DNA of 64,000 nucleotides from a virus (Duplodnaviria; Caudoviricetes): IMG/VR virus record IMGVR_UViG_3300042288_001626; one strand, 5' to 3'. Shown piece by piece: positions 20,780 to 29,885 of this stretch (position 1 is its first letter; each line of letters starts with the position of its first letter). The notes under the pieces were generated by a model. It saw only the letters and a program-made list of their open reading frames with translations, ran no database searches and was not told where the DNA came from. The position numbers and the translations under genes were made by a program.

Positions 20780-21298
20780 TTATCGAGGACTTGTTGCATT
20801 GATAGCTTGAAGATTACCTAAATAGCCTGCACCAGGACCTCCCATGTTAGCCGCCTGATTCTGAAGCATCTCGTTCGCTACTCCAGCATGGTTGTATCCT
20901 AGAGGATTTACATTGGAGGGATTAGCATCGCCAATGTTCAGTTTGGCTTGCCCCATCAAATTATGTCCTCCAACAGGAACAGACTCTCCAGACCAGCCAG
21001 GGCGAACAGCATCAGGACGGCTAGAGCCTGGGTAAGGAACATTCACACCCATCATCTGCTTCAACGGGGAAGCACTGTGTTGAATATATGATGCTGACGC
21101 CTCTTGAGGCGTTCTCTTTGGTTGCTGAATATAGGCTGCATCATTTCCAGAGATGAGTGGCCGCTGCAATGGCGACGGAATTCTACCAGGAACGGTATTA
21201 GCTGACTTCAGTAGAGCAACTGCCTGTTCGTCAGTATAGCCAAACTCATTTGCCTTTTTAACAAAGCCGTACAGATAAGATTTTTCGATGTTATTCAT
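20780..21298 (-). CDS. Hypothetical low-complexity protein (KxA-motif group)
   Basis: MNNIEKSYLYGFVKKAN...LLKSAN; second Met chosen as start (ORF track starts at 21331). Confidence 0.65.
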   Translation of the reverse strand: MNNIEKSYLYGFVKKANEFGYTDEQAVALLKSANTVPGRIPSPLQRPLISGNDAAYIQQPKRTPQEASASYIQHSASPLKQMMGVNVPYPGSSRPDAVRPGWSGESVPVGGHNLMGQAKLNIGDANPSNVNPLGYNHAGVANEMLQNQAANMGGPGAGYLGNLQAINATSPR

Positions 21299-21341
21299 AG
21301 TTATTGCGGTTGTTCTAATAATAGCAGCCAAATATAAAAAA

Positions 21342-21788
21342 TTAAAGAGTTTTTGATACCTTTCTCTTTCCGTAAGCCTCTAGCAGCTTTTCTTTAACTG
21401 CGTCTGCATCTTTGTTTATTTCTTTTTCATCCAGTCGAAGCACAACATAGCCTGCTTTCTCAAGCCTCTTGGTCTTTTCTCTGTCTTTATACTCTTTCAT
21501 TGCTCCGCTATGCCAGTAGGTGCCGTCAGCAAAAACAACCACATTAGGAGCTATAAATATGTCTGCTACAGTAATACCTAGTAGCGGTTGTTGAGTGACG
21601 AATGCTATATCTAGAGCAGCTAGTATTTCTTGTAGCTTAAGCTCTATGCTTGTTTCTTTCCTGTCTCCAGACAAATAGCCTTTTATGCTAGCGCATTTCG
21701 TGCTGCAGGTTTTGCCTTGTCTCATTCTTTCTGTCTCTCTGTTCCATATCTTTCCGCATATGGAACATTCATGCGTTTTATGCCTCAT
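21342..21788 (-). CDS. Zinc finger plus DUF559/Vsr-like endonuclease
   Basis: CSICGK...TCSTKC followed by TSIELKL, ADIFI, VVVFADGTYWH and GYVVLRL. Confidence 0.75.
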   Translation of the reverse strand: MRHKTHECSICGKIWNRETERMRQGKTCSTKCASIKGYLSGDRKETSIELKLQEILAALDIAFVTQQPLLGITVADIFIAPNVVVFADGTYWHSGAMKEYKDREKTKRLEKAGYVVLRLDEKEINKDADAVKEKLLEAYGKRKVSKTL

Positions 21789-23146
21789 TAAGCGATTATT
21801 TCTTTTATTACATTTCCAAATACATCGGTAAGCCTGAATGGTCTGCCGTTATACTCGTAGATTAGCTTTGTGTGATCAAACCCCATGAGCTGCAGTATTG
21901 TAGCGTGGAGATCGTGAACATGTACCACATCTTTCACAGATGTCGAGCCGATCTCATTTGTCTCTCCGTATTTCTGTCCGCCTTTTACACCACCTCCACT
22001 CATCCATATGCTAAAAGCTTTGCCGTTATGATCTCTTCCTGGTGCCCCAGCCCCTCCTCCAGCAATGCTCGTTCTGCCAAACTCACCTCCCCAAATCACT
22101 AGTGTAGAGTCTAGCAAGCCTCTTTGCTTGAGGTCTGTGAGCAGCGCACTAAATGCCTGATCATATCTTCCTGCTGTTCTAGTCATGTTTGTTTTGATGT
22201 CGCTGTGGTGGTCAAACCCTCCCACATTTACCTGAACCATCCTCACCCCTTTCTCTACAAGCCTACGAGCAAGCAGCATTCTTGCTCCCTCTTCTGTGCG
22301 TCCATACAAATCTTTTATTGTCTCAGGCTCTCTGCTGAGGTCAAAAGCATCTGTAGCCTCAGTCTGCATCTTAAAAGCCACCTCAAAAGCCTCTATTCTA
22401 GACTCTAGCTGCACATCTCTTTGCAGCTGCTTCATGTGATCGAGATTCATCATTTTTGAGAAATCTATCTGCCTTCTCTGCCTGTCGAGAGTAGAGAACT
22501 CGCTGCGTATGTTGTTGAGAGCCTCTTCTGCTCTCATACCGAGCTTATAGTTTATGTTACACCCTTGATACATGCCTGGAAGAAAAGCGCATTGCCTCCA
22601 GGTAGCGTCACCATTCAAGGTTACAAAGCCTGGCATGCTCTGATTCACGGTTCCAAGACCATACACGAGCCATGAACCTAGGCTTGGCTTTGGCAGCTGT
22701 GTAGAGCCTGTGCTCATCATCTTTTGAGCAATGCCATGGTCTGGCACATCTGTCTGCATAGAATTGATGATAGCCATATCATCCGCATGTTTACCCAGCT
22801 TTGACCATACCTCAGATATCTCTAGACCTGATTTGCCAAATCGTGGAAACTCAAAAGGAGAAGCAAGCAGCTGTCCTCCTCCATCATTCACTCCATCTCT
22901 TTTTTTTAGCTCTGGCTTAAAATCAAATGTATCAAGATGAGAGGGTGCCCCTGTAGCAAAAAGATGAATCACCGCCTTTGCTTTTACAGGGAAGTGAGGA
23001 TTTTTTGGTTGCAGTGGGCTTGCTCCCTCGGATGTTGAAACACCGAACAGTGAGGCTAGTGAAAGACCCCCAAGGCCCCAGCCAAACTTGGTGAGCAGCT
23101 CTCTTCTAGTTGTAGGATTAGTGTCGTGATTACCGCAGTCTTGCAT
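21788..23146 (-). CDS. DUF1501 family protein with Tat signal
   Basis: TTRRELL twin-arginine leader, HFPVKAKAVIHLFATGAPSHLDTFDFKP, WGGEFGRT, RDHN, VHVHDLHATILQLMG; start moved to 23146 to avoid the plus-strand gene. Confidence 0.88.
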   Translation of the reverse strand: MQDCGNHDTNPTTRRELLTKFGWGLGGLSLASLFGVSTSEGASPLQPKNPHFPVKAKAVIHLFATGAPSHLDTFDFKPELKKRDGVNDGGGQLLASPFEFPRFGKSGLEISEVWSKLGKHADDMAIINSMQTDVPDHGIAQKMMSTGSTQLPKPSLGSWLVYGLGTVNQSMPGFVTLNGDATWRQCAFLPGMYQGCNINYKLGMRAEEALNNIRSEFSTLDRQRRQIDFSKMMNLDHMKQLQRDVQLESRIEAFEVAFKMQTEATDAFDLSREPETIKDLYGRTEEGARMLLARRLVEKGVRMVQVNVGGFDHHSDIKTNMTRTAGRYDQAFSALLTDLKQRGLLDSTLVIWGGEFGRTSIAGGGAGAPGRDHNGKAFSIWMSGGGVKGGQKYGETNEIGSTSVKDVVHVHDLHATILQLMGFDHTKLIYEYNGRPFRLTDVFGNVIKEIIA

Positions 23147-23174
23147 AGTCTTTTGTGGTTTGTATAATCTACTT

Positions 23175-23333
23175 ATGAAACGTATCTGGTATATATGGTC
23201 CAAGGCAATTGGCGAAAAGTCTCACAAAGACAATGAAATTGCAGATCAAATAGCAATAATAAGAACTTTAATTATTTTTTGCTATATAATCACCAACATC
23301 TTCATCGTTGCTGGAATAATACGCCACTGGTGA
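23175..23333 (+). CDS. Small conserved phage membrane protein (52 aa), not in the ORF track
   Basis: MKRIWYIWSKAIGEKSHKDNEIADQIAIIRTLIIFCYIITNIFIVAGIIRHW resembles a small family seen in aquatic T4-like phages; TATAAT at 23163-23168. Confidence 0.7.
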   Translation: MKRIWYIWSKAIGEKSHKDNEIADQIAIIRTLIIFCYIITNIFIVAGIIRHW

Positions 23334-24605
23334 CTAGGTGAGCAGGTCGTGCATAACACTTCCGTTATACACGATTTTTACAGGCCTTCCGCCTCCTCCT
23401 TCAAGAGTACCTTCAGGGTTGATGCCTATCTGATGGTATAGTGTGGCAGCGAGATTCTCTACTGTTACAGGCTTCTCATCAACATCATCTCCTGTGACGC
23501 TAGACTGACCATACACTAGTCCTTTTTTGAAGCCTCCTCCTGCAAAAACAACAGAGAACACTCTAGGCCAGTGATCTCTACCTGCATCTTTGTTGATCTT
23601 TGGAGTGCGTCCAAATTCAGAACTGATCATCACCAGTGTAGAGTCTAGCATGCCTCTCTGTTCGAGATCAGTTATCAAGGTGGAGTAGGCCTGGTCAAAA
23701 GCAGGTAGAGCCTTGCTTATGCCGTTGCCTATTGTTGTGTGCATGTCCCAGCCGCCGTAGGTAACAGACACATATCTAACCCCTGCCTCTACCATTCTTC
23801 TGGCCATAAGAAGTCGCTGACCTGCCTGGTTTCTTCCATAAGCATCTCGCATAGCCTGAGTCTCACGATCTATTGCAAAGGCCTCTCTGGCTTTTGGAGA
23901 AGCTATAAGGTCATATGCCTGCTGATAGAAAGTATCCATAGCAGACAAAGAGTCGCTCTTTTCTAGATACCTGAAATGACTGTCCACTGTATCGAGTATG
24001 GACCTTCTTCTGTCAAAGCGCTCTTCCGATACGTTTGATGAAAGATCTCTTACCTTGAATCCCTCGGCTGCAGGATCGCTTCCCAGACTGAATGGTCCGT
24101 ATGCTGTGGGCAAGAAGCCTGCGCCAAGAGCATCTGTGCCGTTATTCTCCATCTTTTGAGGTATACAGACATATGCAGGCAGGCTGTTTCTTCCTCCCTG
24201 CTGTTGAGATATTACAGAACCAAAAGATGGATAGGTTATAGCAGGAGAGGGCTTGTAACCTGTAAACATACTAGTTACTCCTCGCTCATGCGCAGCTTCG
24301 CCGTGGGTCATCGAACGTACAACAGTCAGCTTGTCCGCAATTCTAGCTGTTTTGGACAGATGCTCAGAGAAATGTATTCCTGGGATGCTTGTGGCTACAG
24401 ATTTTAGAGGTCCTCTATACTCAGAAGGAGCGTTTATTTTTGGATCCCATGTTTCCTGTGCGGCTGCTCCGCCAGGAAGAAATATATGAATAACCGAGCT
24501 AGCCTTTGGAACTGTTGCAGACTCTGCCTGTAGTTTAAGCACGTCTCCCAGACTCAAGCCTAGTCCACCAAACAATCCTGTGTATAGAAATTCACGTCTG
24601 TTCAT
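23334..24605 (-). CDS. DUF1501 family protein with Tat signal (second subtype)
   Basis: MNRREFL leader, VIHIFLPGGAAAQETWDPK, SEFGRTPKINKDAGRDHWP, LAATLYHQIGI. Confidence 0.9.
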   Translation of the reverse strand: MNRREFLYTGLFGGLGLSLGDVLKLQAESATVPKASSVIHIFLPGGAAAQETWDPKINAPSEYRGPLKSVATSIPGIHFSEHLSKTARIADKLTVVRSMTHGEAAHERGVTSMFTGYKPSPAITYPSFGSVISQQQGGRNSLPAYVCIPQKMENNGTDALGAGFLPTAYGPFSLGSDPAAEGFKVRDLSSNVSEERFDRRRSILDTVDSHFRYLEKSDSLSAMDTFYQQAYDLIASPKAREAFAIDRETQAMRDAYGRNQAGQRLLMARRMVEAGVRYVSVTYGGWDMHTTIGNGISKALPAFDQAYSTLITDLEQRGMLDSTLVMISSEFGRTPKINKDAGRDHWPRVFSVVFAGGGFKKGLVYGQSSVTGDDVDEKPVTVENLAATLYHQIGINPEGTLEGGGGRPVKIVYNGSVMHDLLT

Positions 24606-24606
24606 A

Positions 24607-24972
24607 TTATTTGTATGTTTTGGGTTTAGCTGTTCTGCTCTTCGGTTTTCTTATAACTGCTCTCTTTTTCTTGCCTGCTGCTTTCTCTTGCATTTCCTTA
24701 AAAAGCTCCCACTGCCACCAGCTAAGCCAGAAAAAAGTAACGCTGATTCCAACATTTAAAATCACTTCTGTAACTGGAGGTGCGCTAAGAGTGAGTACAT
24801 TCGCCGAAGCTCCGCAAATCACAATAGATAGTCCTCCTTTAGCAAGCCAGGCCTTCACGCTATTATCCCAGACAGGATTATCAGGATCACCGAATATGTG
24901 AATGAGCAGTCCAAGAGCAGAAAGGGACGTGGTTATATTGGCAACGGCATTGATGGTGGTCTCTGTAATCAT
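24607..24972 (-). CDS. Membrane protein (about 3 TM segments, basic tail)
   Basis: Hydrophobic segments and a Lys/Arg-rich C-terminus. Confidence 0.6.
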   Translation of the reverse strand: MITETTINAVANITTSLSALGLLIHIFGDPDNPVWDNSVKAWLAKGGLSIVICGASANVLTLSAPPVTEVILNVGISVTFFWLSWWQWELFKEMQEKAAGKKKRAVIRKPKSRTAKPKTYK

Positions 24973-24973
24973 A

Positions 24974-25348
24974 TTAGTCTATCCTTGGTACATTTCTTTT
25001 CCTGGGCTTTCTTCTTCTGTAAGAATAGGCTGTCTTTTGTGCACTTTCATGCAGCTCTTTGTGCGCAGACTCTGGAATGATTTTTCGACTAAAATATTCG
25101 ATGCCTCTCAGTCCAAGGAAACCAAGCAGAAAAGCTATTCCATAGTGGTAGTGTGTATTGTCTAACTTTGTTACGTTAACCACAATAGGAGTTAGATAGT
25201 TAGCGCTGGCTGCTCCTCCTATTAAACTAGATATTGTTCTTGTTAAGTTTACCGCTGTATCCTTACTTGTAAGCAATATAGCGCCAAACAACCCACTCAT
25301 GAGTAAACCTACATCTATACCGTACTCTTTTAGGTTGTTTTGATTCAT
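24974..25348 (-). CDS. Holin-like membrane protein
   Basis: MNQNNLKEYGIDVGLLMSGLFGAILL...GIAFLLGFLGLRGIE; about 3 TM segments and a basic tail; start at 25348 avoids overlap with the upstream gene. Confidence 0.5.
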   Translation of the reverse strand: MNQNNLKEYGIDVGLLMSGLFGAILLTSKDTAVNLTRTISSLIGGAASANYLTPIVVNVTKLDNTHYHYGIAFLLGFLGLRGIEYFSRKIIPESAHKELHESAQKTAYSYRRRKPRKRNVPRID

Positions 25349-25349
25349 A

Positions 25350-28232
25350 TTATTTCTCTTTGTCTGCGTTAGGCTTTTTCTTTTCAGTTTTTGGTCTGCA
25401 ACTATCCTCACTATATGCTTCTTTTCCAGGAACAGGTTCATAGCCTTCCCAGCATCTGCCTGACCCTTGCTTTACATTTGCTTGTGGAGGTCCGGCATAT
25501 GGTAAGCTCAAAGGTTCTTTGAACTTACCGTGGTATTCTCTAAATGATTTATCAAACCCAGGGTTATTTTTCCGTAAATTTTTAGATAGTGGACGGCCAA
25601 CCATTTTAAATGGATCAAACTCTGGAGAAATTTTCTCAAGAGTTTGTGACATATATTTTCCTATGGGAGCCATTATAGGCATAGCCGACTGATTAAATTT
25701 TTGCACAGCCGCCATGTGGTCAGGGAGGCTAACATCTAGACTTTGAGGAAGTGTGAGCCCTTCGGTGTGTATGAAATCCTGTAATGGTGCAATTAGATTA
25801 GTCCCCGTCCGGTATGTATTATATCCTGCACTTGCAGTAGGTGTGTATTTTTGCTGTAGAGCTTCAGGAACTCCGAGCCGTTGCATCTCTCTCAATGCAT
25901 TCGTATTTGCAGTGTTTTCTAGTTGTAGTGAAACTGCAGGCATTTTAGTTTTAAGCTCTTGTGTCATAGCCGAAGGATGAGTAGTCATTTGCCTGTATGC
26001 CTCCAGTACCTTATCTTTATCTAAAAAATGTCCATATTCGTGCCAGAACTTCGCAAGTGGGGAGAATCCGTCTTTTCTATATTTTCCAGTTATTTGAATC
26101 ATATTTTCAATAGGCGAGTATTCTGAAGTGCCCATAACTCTACGCAATTTACCTCCAGAGGCTTTAAAGTTTCTTAGTATGTTTTTACTAGCCGACAGAG
26201 TCATTGCCTGTTTCTCTGTGATCGATTCACTATGTTCTGTAACAGGTTTGCTTTGACTGGCTGCAGAAGCTGCTTGTTTGCTCATTAGTGCACGCAGCTG
26301 AGAAATTAGAGGTTCTATCTGATGCTCTGTATGATTATAGTTGATAACCCCTGGAAGCTTCCTGAACTTCTCAATTCCAGGCTCCCAGAAGTCTACTACC
26401 GCTCTCGCTTTCATTTGCTTTTCTAGAATTTCTTCTGGAGAAAATGTGACACCTTTCTTTTTAGCTGAGCGAGCAATTCTTTGAGCTATACTTTGCTCAG
26501 GATCTCCTCCCACAAGAATATGTGCTCTATATTTTGCGAGCTCTTCAGGAGTCATATGTCCTAACTGAGCTCCCTCAATAATTGAAGCGGGAGGACTGTT
26601 ATCTATAGTGTGCTTGTTTGCTCTGTGTACAAGGTCTGTATAGAACTTGTGCTCGTCTGTGCCTGGGGTTAGCGACTTTTGCCAGCGTCCGTGGTCATCT
26701 TTAGTAACATATTCTTTAAACTCAGGATGCTTATCCACACTATGCAAAGGTAGACCAAGTTTTTCAGCTATCGTTTGCGCCAGTGTAGTTTTTCCTGCTC
26801 CGCTGTGTCCTGTGACTAGAATAGATTGCGCCGGATCGGCAGCAGCTTGTTTATTCATCAGTGCACGCAGCTGCTCTATCAAAGGCTCTACCTCATGCTC
26901 TGTGTGATTATAATTAATTACACCAGGAACCTTTTTAAACTTCTCCATTCCTGGACTCCACGAGTCAGCTACCATTCTGGACTCTAGCATTTTTCTATCT
27001 AGATCTTCAGGAGATAAGGTTATTCCTTTTTTAGCTGCTTTGTCTGTCATACGCTGCAACCGCTGAGCTATAGACTGCTCAACGTCACCACCCACAAGAA
27101 CATTAGCCATATATTTTTTGAGCTGTCTTGGTCCTAGTGTGGTTACCTGTGTACCTTCAAGAACAGCTGGACCCTCCATCTCTTTCAGAGACTTGCCTAC
27201 AATCTTTCGAATATCTTTGATATACTGCTTATTCTCAGCGGAACCTGGAGTTAGAGCGAGTCTTTCATAGTCAGGTCTACTCTCTAAATCTGCTCTTAGA
27301 TTGTCCCAGCTCTCCTGAGCATCTACTCTATGTAGTGGAATATTTAATTTCTCTGCTAGCGCTTTAGCTAGTGTGCTCTTACCAGCTCCGCTGTGTCCTG
27401 TAACCAGTATAGTCTTACTTGGATCAGCTGCTCCTTCTTTACTCAGCTTATCCCATTGTTTCTTGTCTGGATAATCCTCGTCTCCAGGCTTAGCTGCTTT
27501 CTCTCCACGCTTTCTTTTTGCATGAATATTTGCCCATAAACCAGGCCGCTCACCAGACTGCTTTTCGTTCTTTTCAGTTTGTTGAAAAGACTGCTCTGTT
27601 TTTTCAACAGGAAAACACAAGTCACCTTTCACCTCATACCCTTCAGGCACACTATATCCCATATCCTTGAGATATTCACCACTGAATGCTTCTCCCTTGT
27701 CTATAAGCTTAGCCACCTCTTTAGGTACCCCTGCCACCTTCTCGATATACGAGTATATGTCTAGTACTTCGGCGCTTTTCTCCAATCCAGTGTATTCCTC
27801 AATATCCAGATCATAACCAAGCTTGCCCAGCAGCTCCAGGTCTTCGGGATTTGTATACTCCTCACCATTCACATCTATAATCCCTGTGCTTCTTCTATAC
27901 TCTGCAGTCTTTCTGCTTGGTGTTCTGATGGGTTGAGTAGCTGCTGATCTATATGCATTAGTGCCACTCAGCTGAGGAGCAGGAGGCGGCTGATTGCTTG
28001 GAGGTGCTTGAGGTTTTGGTGCTCCTTGTTGAGGAACTGTGGGACTCTGTACAGGTTTGAAGTTTTTGTCTGCTACGCTAAATGACGTGGTCATTGGGTT
28101 GCCTCGAGCTACAGGCACACCTACCTGCTGAGGCAATACCCCCAGATGATTCTGTGCCACCATACCAGGAACACTCGGAGACACTGAATGAGCAAGGGCG
28201 ATCTTTTCAAATAGCTCTCTTATAGAATGCAT
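25350..28232 (-). CDS. Multidomain protein: two tandem P-loop NMP-kinase-like domains plus an HExxH metallopeptidase-like domain
   Basis: GHSGAGKS at residue 279 and GHSGAGKT at 475; FWHEYGH at about 731; GLWANIHAKRKRG and CWEGYEPVPGK short phage motifs. Confidence 0.7.
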   Translation of the reverse strand: MHSIRELFEKIALAHSVSPSVPGMVAQNHLGVLPQQVGVPVARGNPMTTSFSVADKNFKPVQSPTVPQQGAPKPQAPPSNQPPPAPQLSGTNAYRSAATQPIRTPSRKTAEYRRSTGIIDVNGEEYTNPEDLELLGKLGYDLDIEEYTGLEKSAEVLDIYSYIEKVAGVPKEVAKLIDKGEAFSGEYLKDMGYSVPEGYEVKGDLCFPVEKTEQSFQQTEKNEKQSGERPGLWANIHAKRKRGEKAAKPGDEDYPDKKQWDKLSKEGAADPSKTILVTGHSGAGKSTLAKALAEKLNIPLHRVDAQESWDNLRADLESRPDYERLALTPGSAENKQYIKDIRKIVGKSLKEMEGPAVLEGTQVTTLGPRQLKKYMANVLVGGDVEQSIAQRLQRMTDKAAKKGITLSPEDLDRKMLESRMVADSWSPGMEKFKKVPGVINYNHTEHEVEPLIEQLRALMNKQAAADPAQSILVTGHSGAGKTTLAQTIAEKLGLPLHSVDKHPEFKEYVTKDDHGRWQKSLTPGTDEHKFYTDLVHRANKHTIDNSPPASIIEGAQLGHMTPEELAKYRAHILVGGDPEQSIAQRIARSAKKKGVTFSPEEILEKQMKARAVVDFWEPGIEKFRKLPGVINYNHTEHQIEPLISQLRALMSKQAASAASQSKPVTEHSESITEKQAMTLSASKNILRNFKASGGKLRRVMGTSEYSPIENMIQITGKYRKDGFSPLAKFWHEYGHFLDKDKVLEAYRQMTTHPSAMTQELKTKMPAVSLQLENTANTNALREMQRLGVPEALQQKYTPTASAGYNTYRTGTNLIAPLQDFIHTEGLTLPQSLDVSLPDHMAAVQKFNQSAMPIMAPIGKYMSQTLEKISPEFDPFKMVGRPLSKNLRKNNPGFDKSFREYHGKFKEPLSLPYAGPPQANVKQGSGRCWEGYEPVPGKEAYSEDSCRPKTEKKKPNADKEK

Positions 28233-28304
28233 AATTTTTATTTTTTGTGATGTATTTGCCTATTCTAAGACAAAAAATGTTTAAATTGTGCAGAAACAGG
28301 ACAA

Positions 28305-28823
28305 TTAGATCTCTCCACTCCTCCTTCTCTCCATCATTCTCTTAGCATGATCTGCAAAATCTATTTTTTTATTTTTAAAATCATTCAGCATGATCTGCTC
28401 TAGTTTGTTTAAAGGTACCTGAGGATTACTGTGTATTCTTCCAAGCATCTCAGGAGCGAGGTCATGCTGATAGTAGCTATTGATTGCTCTTTCTCTTGCA
28501 AGATGTCCTGAAAATGCTCCTATGCCTGCTCCAACCAATCCTCCGGCCGTGGCTCCTCTTAGGGCAGATGAAAGTCTGCTTTTCCTGATCTTCTGTCCTG
28601 TTCTAGGATCTATACGAGTGTCTGGATCGATCACACCCCCTATTCCTCCAGCCAGTGCTCCTGCAGTTCCTCCCACAGCTGCTCCTCCAGTTCTGAACCC
28701 TGTTGCTTTCGACCGTATGATATCCATGGCCTTCTGTTTTAGTTCTGAGCTTATCTGAGCTGCAGGAAGAGTGTTTGCTTTTTTAATAAAGCTAATGATG
28801 TTGTTTTTAAATTCAGGGTTCAT
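28305..28823 (-). CDS. Gly-zipper membrane protein (KxA-motif group)
   Basis: SFIKKAN at residues 11-17; GGAAVGGTAGALAGGIGG and GATAGGLVGAGIGAFSG. Confidence 0.65.
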   Translation of the reverse strand: MNPEFKNNIISFIKKANTLPAAQISSELKQKAMDIIRSKATGFRTGGAAVGGTAGALAGGIGGVIDPDTRIDPRTGQKIRKSRLSSALRGATAGGLVGAGIGAFSGHLARERAINSYYQHDLAPEMLGRIHSNPQVPLNKLEQIMLNDFKNKKIDFADHAKRMMERRRSGEI

Positions 28824-28861
28824 ACAGATATTATATAGTGTATTTTAACTGGCTGATAGCT

Positions 28862-28886
28862 AAAAAAAGGACTCATTTCTGAGTCC
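28862..28886 (-). terminator. Rho-independent terminator
   Basis: ggactc-atttct-gagtcc stem with a T7 tail on the minus strand. Confidence 0.65.
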
Positions 28887-28917
28887 TCTTTCTCGCCTTT
28901 TCTTCCTGATAGGGCTA

Positions 28918-29550
28918 CTACCAATAGCCTGCGGCTTCCTGTTCCCTCTTTCTCTCCTCTTCCTCAAACTTCAACAAAGCTTTGAGGTCCTCCTCGTGCT
29001 TCTGCACATCGAGCTCTTTTTCCATCCAGGCAAGGCTATCTTTCCAGGCATCCACCCTGGCCTGACAATATTTCGGAGTGAATTTCACAGCATCCTCTTT
29101 AAGAAGACACTCTTTAATTTCAGCTATCGAAATCTCGAGCTGCTCCATATAGGAGGGCCACTCAGGCAAAGGCTTTTCTACAGCCCTCGGCTTTTCGTCA
29201 GTTTTCGGCTTTTCCAGAGGCTTGTTCTCTTTCTTCGGAGCCTCAGCCTTCGAGTTCGTGAAGGCTTTGATGAGTTTCGCTTCAGAGCTTTCCTCGTTTA
29301 TCTCGGCCTCGGCCAGAAGATCCAGCTGACGCAGCATGCAACCAATCACATCTGAAGTAAGAGTCACTTCGCTTCTATAGAAGAATCTGACGTCTACTCT
29401 CACCTCATCAAAGTTCGCATTCATTGCTCTGAGACCTACCAGGTAAGCCTGCGCTTCCTTAATAGTATCAAAAGGCTCGAACAATCCTCCGATTGCGGTA
29501 CCAGTATGATCATAATCCAACAACGTTACTTCGAGGTTATTAACTTTCAT
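28918..29550 (-). CDS. Hypothetical protein
   Basis: 210-aa ORF; stop/start overlap with its neighbour. Confidence 0.6.
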   Translation of the reverse strand: MKVNNLEVTLLDYDHTGTAIGGLFEPFDTIKEAQAYLVGLRAMNANFDEVRVDVRFFYRSEVTLTSDVIGCMLRQLDLLAEAEINEESSEAKLIKAFTNSKAEAPKKENKPLEKPKTDEKPRAVEKPLPEWPSYMEQLEISIAEIKECLLKEDAVKFTPKYCQARVDAWKDSLAWMEKELDVQKHEEDLKALLKFEEEERKREQEAAGYW

Positions 29551-29819
29551 AGTTTACAGGGGTCTAGTTTTTTCGTGGGTTTATACTTGCTCTTCAACAA
29601 TGCAACGTTGCACTGCTCTAGCTGCTCCTCAAGTTCTGCTACTCTAGCTGTCAATTCTTCAGCCTTTGCCTGCTCTCTAGTGAAACTCACAGTAAGTTCT
29701 TTGATTCTCTCAAAGTCTTTGTGCGAGTCTCTTCTGTAGAAGAAGAGGCTGGTGCTGACATCAAAACAAACAAAAAGCAGCGCGATTGCGGCTGCCATGT
29801 ATAGCGTTCTTGTTCTCAT
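29547..29819 (-). CDS. Hypothetical protein with N-terminal TM segment and coiled coil
   Basis: 90-aa ORF with a hydrophobic N-terminus. Confidence 0.55.
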   Translation of the reverse strand: MRTRTLYMAAAIALLFVCFDVSTSLFFYRRDSHKDFERIKELTVSFTREQAKAEELTARVAELEEQLEQCNVALLKSKYKPTKKLDPCKL

Positions 29820-29885
29820 GGGTATGGTAAAAATGAGACGCAGTATTACGTTTCAATGTATTATCCCAAAAATAACCGCGAAGTT

